A DNA stretch of 64,000 bases. Origin: Neoechinorhynchus agilis (taxonomy: Eukaryota > Animalia > Acanthocephala). The position numbers and the translations under genes are program-made. Shown here in pieces: positions 11,795-23,201 of the stretch; the stretch's first letter is position 1; each line of letters begins with the position of its first letter. The notes beneath the pieces were generated by a model that saw only the letters and a program-made list of their open reading frames with translations, was not told the origin of the DNA and did no database searches. The DNA lies in contig CM121342.1 of NCBI GenBank assembly GCA_051530055.1, positions 12,725,480 to 12,789,479 on the forward strand. Reading direction: 5' to 3'.

Positions 11795-13714
11795 TTTTGT
11801 TGACAATTTACTTGGGAGCATTGTATGCAACGTATCTATGGTAACTAACTTTCCAAATCATTTATGCTACTGCGCAAAATTATTGCCGAACCCTTGACAA
11901 ATAATTAATGTTAAACACCGTTTGGTCTAGTTTTGGATTAAGAGACGTGAATGAGTATACAAATGCATTGACAATAGTCATTAAAAAATTGTATTTAGTC
12001 GAGAAATTAACCCACGTGATACATTTCTGTCGCGATTATTTATCTATTTTGTTTATTCTTCTAATAAGGAGAGCGAGAAAAAGTAAACATCGAAGTTGTA
12101 CTTATGAATCACAAATTTGTATTTCTTTAAGTAAAGAAGTGTTTATTGTTTTCCCTGTTTCTTGGATAAAATACTTAAAATTTTCAATCATTTAAAAATG
12201 CCGTTTACTAGCGTTGTAAAAAACAGTAGTTTACACATTGTATATCATTTATCATGTTACCAAGTAAAAGCACTTCGATGTACCTTTATTTTGTGTAAAT
12301 CTTGAATTATTTGAAGATTTTGTAAAATTAAAATGTATTGAGATCATGAATAATTTTTGACAGCCTTAAAATTTTATACCTTGGAAAATACGCGTCATAG
12401 TATCGTTTGTAGCAATCTACATATTGTTCAAGATTCGGTTATGCATCCTCATTAATCTGTACTACTAATTTTATTCCGCTATTTTTTATGTTTTAAAGTT
12501 TCTGTAGTTCAAATTGTACCGAATTTAATTATAATAATAAAACGTTTCAATAATGAACAAAAAATAGGACACATGTAACATTGGGTCATCGCCTACATTC
12601 CAATTCGTAAACACTCGAGTTTTGATAGGGTAAATGAATGTATCGGTTGATTTTGTAGTGGTTTACGGGGATAGTTTGTGAAGTTTCATCTTTCTTAGCC
12701 TCATTTTGGGTCATGATATCCGAGAAGATTGGGCAGTATAAAAAAGAAGAGGAGCTTCCATATCGAGCTGAATAGCTTCCGCTAATATATCCTGAACTGT
12801 GCTCATCGCTTCAATTAACGAACCCTTTAAAGTTGCAGTAACTCGTAAGTGCAACATCAACAAGATTGGAATACTTGACCGTCTCATTCAATGTTCATTG
12901 ATTTTCATTTAAATGCATTCCTAATTATAAATTAGCACCTGGCGAAAAGATAACGACGAAAAACGCCCAAGCGATCAAAATGCTAATTGCTGACTTCACT
13001 CGCGCGAAAAAGTGAATAATGTCAGCTTACTTGTTTTTGAAGCCACGAGAAAATATTTAGAGCGGTAGATGTGGTGATCACCGGATGCAGGTTAGATAAA
13101 TAACTCGTTTCATTTTAGATTTATGGTCATGTGCAGCTCGAGTTCTTGTAAAATGACTTAAAAACCTCTTTCCAAATGTGTGCGCTCTGAGAATACGCGC
13201 ACTCACTAAAGTACTAGAAGATTTGATTTCAAATTAATTCTTTTTTAAAAACTTTTGTCGTATGTCTCTGAATTTAATCGTAAAATTTTGTTTTAGAAAG
13301 TACTACCAAATTTGTTGAAATTTCTCAAGTTTTCCTCATTTTTTGGCGATCATTTGAAGAATGATAAAGAGAAATGATTTCTGGATTTGGAGATGTGGTG
13401 ATCACCGGATGCAACATATTGAATGGAATGATCTCTCGTGGGACCCCTAACATCATCAGTCATCTAAAAAGACTTTCCCGAACCTCGAGGACGATGATCC
13501 TGCTTGCACGAACCCTAAAATACAACTAAAATCTTTTACGATGGTACAGCCACGTCTCTAACTTTTTGCTTTGTTGTTTATTGGAAATGATTTCATCGTA
13601 ATGACGCAAAAATCTCAAAGCTCTTCGAAAGAATCATAATCGATTTGGTGCTTCTTGAAACCGATATTCTCTGTGTCCAGTATTATTGGAGGACAGATTC
13701 GGCCTTTTTTGTTC

Positions 13715-16700
13715 TTTTCGATTGGCTCGTTGGTGATATTACATCAAAATATACACTATGATATCGCGAGATCTTTTTGTATTGTTACTCGCCTTCGATT
13801 GGCTCGTTGGCGTGATTAAATCAAAATATCCACTATGATATCGCGAGATCTTTTTTAATATATTATGTTTTTTTATTAAATGTCGTTTTTTATTTGATCG
13901 TATTCATAGCGGTCATTTCTATAGTTCGAATCTAAACTTTCTGTACAAACAGATGCGGATTTTGTAACTCGCCTTCGATTGGCTCGTTGGTGCGATTACA
14001 TCAAAATATCAACTATGATATCGCGAGATCTTCTTTTCGATTTAATGTTTAGACATTATTTTTTATCCAAATCATAACAGCTATTAGTACGATGAACTAA
14101 AGTTGAAAATTGATTTGACCCTCTTGTTTAGGTCATTTCCATAGTTCGAATCTCAACATTCTGCACAAACAGATCCGGATTTTGCTACTCGCCTTCGATT
14201 AGATCGTTGGTTATATTACATCAAAATATCCACTTTGATATCGCGAGATCTTTTTTGCCGGTTTAATGTTACTTCTTAGACGTTTTTATCTGAATCATAA
14301 GACCTGTTAATACGCTAAAGTAAAATTTAAAATTAATTTAAATGTCGTTTTTTATATGATCATATTCATAGCGGTCATTTCTATAGTTCGAATCTAAACT
14401 TTCTGTACAAACAGATGCGGATTTTGTAACTCGCCTTCGATTGGCTCGTTGGTGCGATTACATCAAAATATCCACTATGATATCGCGAGATCTTTTTTCG
14501 GTTTAATGTTACTTCTTAGACATTATTTTTTATCCAAATACTTAACAGCTGTTAATACGAATAACCAAAGTTTAAAATTAATTTATATTTCGTTTTTTGG
14601 TCTGATCATATTCATAACAGTCATTTCTATAGTTCGAATCTATGCTTTCTGCACAAACAGATCCGGATTCTGTTACTCGCCTTCGATTGGCTCGTTGATG
14701 TGATTAAATCAAAATATCCACTGTGATATCGCGAGAACCTTTTTGTCGGTTTAATGTTACTTCTTAGACATTATTTTTTATCCAAATCATAACAGCTGTT
14801 AATACGATGAACTAAACTTTAAAATTCATTTGACTCTCTTTTTTTATGTGATCACATTCATAGAAATCATTTCCATAGTTGGAATCTAAACTTTCAGCAC
14901 AAACAGATCCGGATTTCGGTTCTCGCCTTTGATTGGCTCGTTGGTGTGATTACATCAAAATATCCACTATGATATCGCGAGATCTTTTTGTCGGTTAAAT
15001 GTTACTTGGACATTTTTTAGTCCGAATCATAACAGCTATTAATACGATGAACTAAAGTTGAAAATTGATTTGACTCTCTTTTTTTAGGTCATTTCCATAG
15101 TTCGAATCTCAACATTCTGAACAAACAGATCCGGATTTTGCTACTCGATCCAGTTGGCTAGTTGGGGCGATTACATCAAAATATCCACTATGATATCGCG
15201 AGATCTTCTTTTCGATTCAATGTTTAGACTTTTTTATCCAAATCATAACAGCTGTTAATACGATGAACTAAAGTTTAAAATTGATTTGACTCTTTTTTTA
15301 TGTGATCACATTCATAGCAGTCATTTCTATAGTTCGAATCTAAACGTTCTGCACAAACAGATCCGGATTTTGTTACTCGCCTTTGATTGACTCGTTGGTG
15401 TGATTACATCAAAATATCCACTATGATATCGCGAGATATTTTTTGTCGGTTTAATGTTACTTCTTAGACATTATTTTTTTTATCCAAATCATAACAGCTG
15501 TTAATACGATGAACTAAAGTTTAAAATTCATTTGACTCTCTTTTTTTATGTGATCCCATTCATAGCAGTCATTTCTATAGTTGGAATCTAAACTTTCAGC
15601 ACAAACAGATCCGGATTTTGTTACTCGCCTTTGATTGGCTCGTTGGTGTGATTATATCAAAATATCCACTATGGTATCGCGAGATCTTTTTTGTCGGTTT
15701 TATGTTACTTCTTAGACATTATTTTTTATCCAAATCATAACAGCTATTAATATGATGAACTAAAGTTGAAAATTGATTCTACTCTCTTTTTTACGTCATT
15801 TCCATAGTACGAATCTCAACATTCTGCACAAACAGATCCGGATTTTGTTACTCGCCCTCGATTGGCTCGTTGGTGCGATTACATCAAAATATCCACTATG
15901 ATATCGCGAGATCTTCTTTTCGATCTAATGTTTAGACATTATTTTTTATCTAAATCATAACAGCTGTTAATACGATGAACTAAAGTTTAAAATTGATTTG
16001 ACTCTCTCTTTTTATGTGATCACATTCATAGCAGTCATTTCTATAGTTTGAATCTAAACGTTCTGCACAAATAGATCCGGATTTTGTTACTCGCCTTTGA
16101 TTGGCTCGTTGGTGTGATTACATCAACATATCCACTATGATATCGCGAGATCTTTTTTGTCGGTTTAATGTTACTTCTTAGACATTATTTTTTTTATCCA
16201 AATCATAACAGCTGTTAATACGATGAACTAAAGTTTAAAATTCATTTGACTCTCTTTTTTTATGTGATCCCATTCATAGCAGTCATTTCTATAGTTGGAA
16301 TCTAAACTTTCAGCACAAACAGATCCGGATTTTGTTACTCGCCTTTGATTGGCTCGTTGGTGTGATTACATCGAAATATCCACTATGGTATCGCGAGATC
16401 TTTTTTGTCGGTTTAATGTTACTTCTTAGACCTTATTTTTTATCCAAATCATAACAGCTGTTAATACGAATATCCAAAGTTTAAAATTAATTTACATTTC
16501 GTTTTTTGATCTGATCATATTTATAGCAGTCATTTCTATAGTTCGAATCTATGCTTTCTGCACAAACAGAACCGGATTTTGGTTCTCGCCTTTGATTGGC
16601 TCGTTGGTATGATTACATCAAAATATCCACTATGATATCGCGAGATCTTTTTTGTCGGTTTAATGTTACTTCTTAGACATTATTTTTTCATCCAAATCAT

Positions 16701-17995
16701 AACACCTGTTAATACGATGAACTAAAGTTTAAAATTCATGTGGCTCTCTTTTTTTAGGTGATTTCATTCATAGCAGTCATTTCTATAATTGGAGTCTAAA
16801 CTTTCAGCACAAACAGATCCGGATTTTGGTTCTCGCCTTTGATTGGCTCGTTGGTGTGATTACATCAAAATATCCACTATGATATCGCGAGAATTTTTTT
16901 GTCGGTTTAATGTCACTTCTTAGACATTATTTTTTATCCAAATCATAACAGCTATTAGTACGATGAACTAAAGTTGAAAATTGATTTGACTCTTGTTTAG
17001 GTCATTTCCATAGTTCGAATCTCAACATTCTGCACAAACAGATCCGGATTTTGCTACTCGCCTTTGATTAGATCGTTGGTTATATTACATCAAAATATCC
17101 ACTTTGATATCGCGAGATCTTTTTTGCCGGTTTAATGTTACTTCTTAGACGATTTTATCCGAATCATAAGACCTGTTAATACGCTAAAGTAAAATTTAAA
17201 ATTAATTTAAATGTAGTTTTTTATATGATCATATTCATAGCGGTCATTTCTATAGTTCGAATGTCAACATTCTGCACAAACTGATCCGGATTTTGCTACT
17301 CGCCTTCGATTGGCTCGTTGATTATATTTCATCAAAATATCCTTTATGATATCGCGAGATCTTCTTTTCGGTTTGATGTTATTTAAACATTATTTTTTAT
17401 CCAAATCATAAGAGCTGTTAATACGATGAACTAAAGTTTAAAATTGATTTAAATCTCTTTTTTTTATCTGATCACATTCATAGCAGTCATTTCTTTAGTT
17501 CGAATCTAAACTTTCAGTACAAACAGATCCGGATTTTGTTACTCGCCTTCGATTGGCTCGTTGTTGTGATTAGATCAAAATATCAACTATGATATCGCGA
17601 GATCTTCTTTTCGATTTAATGTTTAGACATTATTTTTTATCCAAATCACAACAGCTGTTAATACGATGAACTAAAGTTTAAAATTGATTTGACTCTCTTT
17701 TTTTATGTGATCACATTCAAAGCAGTCATTTCTATGGTTCGAATCTAAACGTTCTGCACAAACAGATCCGGATTTTGTTACTCGCCTTCGATTGGCTCGA
17801 TGAAATCGCGAGATCTTTTTTTGTCGGTTTAATGTTACTTGGACATTTTTTTAGTCTAAATCATAACAGCTGTTAATGCGATGAACTAAAGTTTAAAATT
17901 GATTTAAATCTCTTTTTGATCTGATCATATTCATAGCGGTCATTTCTATAGTTTAAATCTCAACTTTCTGCACAAACAGATCGGGAATTCTGTTA
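13715..17995. repeat. tandem satellite, about 18 units of about 213-248 bp, with higher-order structure
   Basis: Recurrent ACAAACAGATCCGGATTTTG, GATTGGCTCGTTGG and GATATCGCGAGATC anchors at roughly 220-248 bp spacing. Confidence 0.97.
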
Positions 17996-18388
17996 TTTTC
18001 TCCGATGTCCAGATAACGTGAGCCAAATCTCATATTGATATGGAAAATGACAGTTTGAAAAAACGGCAAGGACGCGCGATAGTTCCCCAAAAATAATGAT
18101 TGCATGAAATGTTCTTTTTTAAATTTCTTTATCGACAAATGTTTTCTTTTTCACATCCCCACATCTCAAGCCTTTATATTTCTGTTTTTATAAAGGGGCA
18201 AAAACCGTTAGCCGTTTTCGATGTCAACTACTGCACCCCCACCCACCCCTCGTCTCCGCCGCCCGACATCACTCAAACAGTCCCGCTCGCGCGTTTGTGA
18301 ACAGAAGGAGATTTGGGGTGCAATTAGTGGACGAAGGAACTCTCAATTTCTCTCTCTATGTACCTGCAGAATGTGATTCCCACCCCCG

Positions 18389-19759
18389 TCAAAAGAGTGA
18401 AAACTCCTTTGAACAAGATGGCTTGCTGATTGGTTTTGCCTTTTTGTTCCATGGATCTTCATTTGCTTTCTGCAACGCTTTTCTTCTTCTATTGTAAAAG
18501 AATCTTCGTTTCTGACGGTACTGTTGATGACGTTTCTCGATCAGTTGTTGGACGCTTGTCCTATTCCATAATGGTCCATTAGTTGCTGTTGTCCTAAGCA
18601 CGAATTTAAATTTTTGTTGTTTATCCGCTAGAGGAACCACAAATGCTTCATCAATTTGTCCACGTTCAATTTTTTGAGCAAGCTTTTGAATGTCAGGTTT
18701 AAAGTCTGCCCTATAACGAAGTCTTTCCCCGTTTAAGGTGGGCGGAGGCGGTAGATGCTCTTTGACGTACTGAAACTGTTCATTGAATCGATCATCATCC
18801 CAAATGGGTTTAGGCCCTTTTCGCACTAGACCTTGCTTACAACTATAATCAAACTCAGGCAACTTTCGATCTGGTCGAATTTCATCAAGGATGGACACAT
18901 AATGACCACTACGGGCGAGTGCAGGGCGTGGACCCAGGACCTTTGGACGCTGCCAAGACCGCTTCGGCTCGGGCTCACCTAAAGCTGCATTAATTATTGA
19001 ATCGAAATCGTCGTTATCGATCTCCGGTGTTCGTTTACGCTTCGTCCTTACGTAGTTTATCACTGTACCATCAAATCCAATAAAATCAGGAAGTGTGTCC
19101 AACTTCTCATACGGAGCAAGATTAGAAACAATCTTTTCTACACTTGGACTCTTTTGCTTCTCATGTTCAAAGCTGTTTCGATTATGGTGCTGTTGATCCT
19201 CCCGCTGCCATGAAGGGTTGTGACCCATCGAACGAAACGGACGATGGCCGGCACGGTTACGTCGGACGTGCCCGCGATGTGTTCGATTCATTTCTGAAAC
19301 GAAATGGTGAGTCGATTGTTGAAAACGAGAACGTCGGCGAGAATAGTTGTTGAATTCGGAGAAATCAGATTTTTGTGAACATTTATGGACATTGCCTAGT
19401 GGCGGCTGAGAACTTGGAAAAAATTGCGATTTTGAACGACAACTGGATGAATCGCTTTTTGAATCGGGAGTATGACTTAATTTGTATAGATTTTTTTCTG
19501 CTAAATATGAGCCACTAAATGTTCTTCTAAATTCCGAAGATTTGCTTGGGAATGGTGAACAATGCATGCTGGGATGCTTGTTACGTGGAATATTTATAAG
19601 TGGAGCATATCCCGATGGCCATAACCAATGGTCATTATTAGTTCTATGAGAACGGTAACCAATTTGGTTCGGATTGAAATAACCACCCACTGGATGACGA
19701 TCGCGAAAATTGGAGAACCGTACATGGTTCAACTTAGAATCTTGACGATGTAAACTCAT
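18389..19759 (-). CDS. intronless hypothetical basic, Ser/Arg/His-rich protein (about 456 aa from first ATG)
   Basis: Uninterrupted 1.39-kb ORF in AT-rich DNA; ATG at 19759; no recognised domain. Confidence 0.6.
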   Translation of the reverse strand: MSLHRQDSKLNHVRFSNFRDRHPVGGYFNPNQIGYRSHRTNNDHWLWPSGYAPLINIPRNKHPSMHCSPFPSKSSEFRRTFSGSYLAEKNLYKLSHTPDSKSDSSSCRSKSQFFPSSQPPLGNVHKCSQKSDFSEFNNYSRRRSRFQQSTHHFVSEMNRTHRGHVRRNRAGHRPFRSMGHNPSWQREDQQHHNRNSFEHEKQKSPSVEKIVSNLAPYEKLDTLPDFIGFDGTVINYVRTKRKRTPEIDNDDFDSIINAALGEPEPKRSWQRPKVLGPRPALARSGHYVSILDEIRPDRKLPEFDYSCKQGLVRKGPKPIWDDDRFNEQFQYVKEHLPPPPTLNGERLRYRADFKPDIQKLAQKIERGQIDEAFVVPLADKQQKFKFVLRTTATNGPLWNRTSVQQLIEKRHQQYRQKRRFFYNRRRKALQKANEDPWNKKAKPISKPSCSKEFSLF

Positions 19760-20077
19760 TTCTGAAAGCGATGATAGCAATAGCGCAATCTACGAGCGAG
19801 GGAGAGAATGCGATGAATGTACTACATCGTGCGCGTGAGCTAAGCAGCGGAAAGTCACGTGGTATATTAATTCTTACGGATACATAGCGCGTTTTTGGAA
19901 ATTAGCAAAGTAACGTGACGTAATCTAGAAAACCTGTTCGTAATCTGCGGATAATTATCTTTGCAAATTAATGCTCTCATTGGCCGGATGTTTTTATCTC
20001 GAATTACGTAATCATTTTGATAATGGGATGCTATCGATTGCGGTGACGTAACAATTAATAGCATAATGTTTTTAAAT

Positions 20078-20200
20078 AGCAGAAAAATTAAGAGTTTATT
20101 GATTCCAATATTTCGGCACAACCTTGTGCGATGCTGCCTTCATAAAGGCACAGGATTGTACCGAAATATTGGAATCAATAAATTTTCAATTTTTACGCCA
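20078..20200. mobile_element. MITE-like hairpin, family 1
   Basis: Inverted arms AAAAATTAAGAGTTTATTGATTCCAATATTTCGGCACAA / TTGTACCGAAATATTGGAATCAATAAATTTTCAATTTTT; related to 36848 and 55052. Confidence 0.6.
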
Positions 20201-20253
20201 TCAGCAAGCATGAAAAATTCAATCTTCAAACACTGATAATATCGCATTCTTTT

Positions 20254-20448
20254 GGGTGGCTCAGCCGGTAGTCTTTTTATAGATATGTTTTATTTTTTTC
20301 CATACACGGCCGAATGGACACACCGTCCATCGATTTCGATCTGGGAAGCGCTGGTCTGCGCTCAATGCCCCATCGGTGCACTGTGTGTCCATTCGGCCGT
20401 GTATGGAACAATAAATATCTATCAAAGAGACTACCAGCTGAGCCACTC
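20254..20448. repeat. 195-bp imperfect inverted repeat (about 70-bp arms)
   Basis: GTGGCTCAGCCGGTAGTC..CCATACACGGCCGAATGGACACAC mirrored by GTGTGTCCATTCGGCCGTGTATGG..GACTACCAGCTGAGCCAC. Confidence 0.85.
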
Positions 20449-20518
20449 ATGAGACTGCTATAATCGGAAAGCTTATCCAAGCTGAAGTGGCGAAGTTTGT
20501 ACATTCCGTAGTTATGCT

Positions 20519-20720
20519 GAGGTGCTCAACGGGACCAATGATCCTGATCTCATTTAGGGTCAACGGGTTCGAATCCGATACCGCCGATGACCCACAACCA
20601 AAGTGGACGAAATACTGCTAAAGGGAGGAAACTCATTAATGAGTCGCGCCTCCTGGAGTTATCTGAGGATCCTGATAACTGATAATATCACGTGGAGAAA
20701 ATCCTTCTGGATAATAAAGT
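20519..20720 (+). mobile_element. possible tRNA-derived SINE-like element
   Basis: A-box-like GGTGCTCAACGG, B-box GGGTTCGAATCC at 20565, CTCAT loop; cloverleaf imperfect, so not called a tRNA. Confidence 0.4.
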
Positions 20721-20884
20721 TAGAATCGAAGAAATATTTCGTCAATCATCGTGTGGTAATCGATATTAACGTCAGAACAATAAGTGCGTTATTGCGGGGT
20801 GCGTGTTAGTTGTTTTGTGTGTGTGTGTGGTCGTTGGTCAGGTTATAAAAGATAAAGCGTTTGTCTGACCAGCGGGATAAAATC

Positions 20885-20895
20885 TGGTGACGAGG
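20885..20895 (+). promoter_or_regulatory. primer-binding site of the Gypsy element
   Basis: TGGTGACGAGG directly before gag, following a short LTR-like segment. Confidence 0.65.
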
Positions 20896-21154
20896 AGTTG
20901 AAGGATGTCGTTGATAGGCAGGGTCGATTGTTAGAAGCGATCGCTAAATTACTTATGCGGGACGAGAAAAAACTAGCAAGAACGGAATTACTGATCCCAG
21001 CTTTCAGAATGTTCCGCGAGGAGGATCAGAAATGGAACAACTATGAGGCTCAGATGGAAGAGCATTTTCGAGCATATGGGGTGAGCGAAGGTAAAATCAA
21101 ACGTGCTTGTTTACTGTCATGGTTGAGTCCAAAGACGTACGAGGCTGATCGGAC

Positions 21155-23201
21155 TTGATGTTACTGATTCTTGTCAGTCACGTAAAAGAAGCAGCTCCGG
21201 CGGCCAGACAGCTACTGATAGTAGCCTGTCAACGCGGGGTCGGTATGCCGCTCCACTTGGTGATGCGGCAGCGAACGGAAGCAACAAAATCCACCAGTGC
21301 AACGGGAAAAAGCGAGGGCGTCGTAGCTCTCGCCGACGACTTGAGCGTCGAAATGGGCGAAACTGTCGCCGGAGGCAACGAAAGCGTCGGTCGAAGCTCA
21401 TCACCGTGGTGCGTACGGACTGTTCAGGTGGCGCTGACAGCCGTGAGCCCTTTGACCCAGCTATTTCAAACAGAAGATGACTACGAATCGGATCCTTGAA
21501 TTGTAGGAGTCTGCGAGCGCAATGGCGTAAGGGAACCCTGGCCAAATTGGCAAGGGACGCCAGAATGGATCTTGTGTTTTTACAAGAATTGCGCATAAGA
21601 GGCCAGTCAGACACAGACGTAAATCAGTAGGATTTAGGAGGAGGGTGGTCATTATGTTACCTATCTGCGGACAGTCGAGGAAATGGAGGTGTAAGCATTT
21701 GTTTATCACCCCGCCTCCGAAAGTCAGCACTATGCAGTACTATAACTGACCGAATCCTTCGTGTCAGCATAAAGCTATGGTGGCTCAGTACCTCAAATCT
21801 GGTCAAACGCATTTAACAATGATCCCCAAGAAATGCTGCGCGACAAAGTTGGAGGACTACAGAGGTATATCCTTGATGTCCAACACGGTAAAACTTTTCA
21901 GTAGCATTTTGAGACGCCGAATTCAGCCAATCCTCGAACCGTTTCTAAGAATTGAACAGAACGGCTTCAGGAAAAGTTGAGGCATCACAGAGCACATATT
22001 GGCTTTGAGGAGGAAACTCGAGGAGGCACGAATTAATCAAACGGATGTGACGCTGGTATTTTGGTATTTATTGATTTCCGTCGAGCTTTCTATCCGGTAA
22101 ATCGAACGATGATTGCCGGTATCTTAAAGGAGTATGGAGTGCCGCCGATCATTGTCACATCCGTTATGGCGTTATATAAAAACACAAGGTCCGCCGTCAA
22201 TACAGCTGACGGTTTGGCAGAATACTTTTCCACCACTTCAGGTGTTCTGCAGGGCGACACATTAGCTCCTTTCCTCTTCATCTTGTAGATTGTTTGGGTA
22301 ATGAGATGGGCACTACCGAATGATGAAGATGGATTTCTTCTGTTGAGGAAAAGAGCTCGCAGGTATCCTGAGATACGCGCCTCGTACATGGCATATGCCG
22401 ACGACATCGTATTGATGTCCTCAACAGTCGAAGGAGCTCAACGCATGCTAAATAGACTGTGCGAGAGGGCGAGTATAATTGATCTGACCATCAACTCGAA
22501 AAAGACGGAATTCTTGACGATTCCGCATGTCGCGCATACAGTTCTCTGGCGAAGGGTCGAATGGCGTTGGGCAATTAAAACAGATAGAGCGGTATGTCTA
22601 TCTGGAAGCTGTCGTTCCTGAGGTGAGTGCGGATGTCAGCTGACGGAGAGCTATAGCTTGAAGAGCAATGGGGCAACTTAAACCACTGTTTGGCAGTGAG
22701 TCTTTGCCAGATGAACTCCGTTCGCAGCTGTTAAGGGCTCTAATTGAGAGCATTCTCTACTACAATGCAGAGACCTGGACAGTGTCACCAACGGCGACGA
22801 GGCAGTTGGACCAAAATCATTCATCTCTCTTACGTGCGGCGTTCAAGGTCAGATGGTCAGATAAAGTGACCAACAAAGCACTGTATAAGAGAGCTGGAGT
22901 CCAACCGCCCAGTGAATATTTGCGCCGCAGACGACTGCAATTCACGGGCAATATAATTCGGTCCGAGGTATCTTGCCAACAGGTCGTGCAACAGTTCCTT
23001 TTCTGTAAGCCAACGACATTGTATCGTAAAGGCAAGGGGAACTGTCGTACACACGATGACCTGATTTTAAGAGACGCGAATTTCGCGCATAACAGGACTG
23101 CTGTCGTGTATTTTAGATCCCTTGCAGAATCTAATTCGACCTGACGGGCTTATACCTACGGTGCAACGTAGGAAAGTACCGTTGCATACAATACAATACA
23201 A
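21155..23201 (+). mobile_element. RTE-clade LINE nested in Gypsy gag (internally deleted, stop codons)
   Basis: EN start (NCRSLR..DLVFLQEL); RT YRGISLMS, FIDFRRAF, GVLQGDTLAPFLF, AYADDI; 3' hairpin TGCAACG/CGTTGCA followed by a (TACAA)3 tail. Confidence 0.88.

Noticed and set aside
12560-12900. Minus-strand UBX/ubiquitin-like peptide
   Set aside because: Interrupted by stops and similarity is only impressionistic
13900-17900. GTTCGAATC (B-box-like), GATTTTG (Sm-like) and ACGATGA..GAAAATT (hammerhead-like) motifs in satellite units
   Set aside because: No correctly spaced A-box or cloverleaf, no consistent splice donor for an SL RNA, and the hammerhead core lacks C3/U4, has G at the cleavage position and almost no stem II
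13715-17995. Repeat array as CRISPR
   Set aside because: Whole units are homologous, with no unique spacers; eukaryotic context and no cas genes
20519-20590. tRNA-Met gene
   Set aside because: Acceptor and T stems are mismatched; kept only as a SINE-like head
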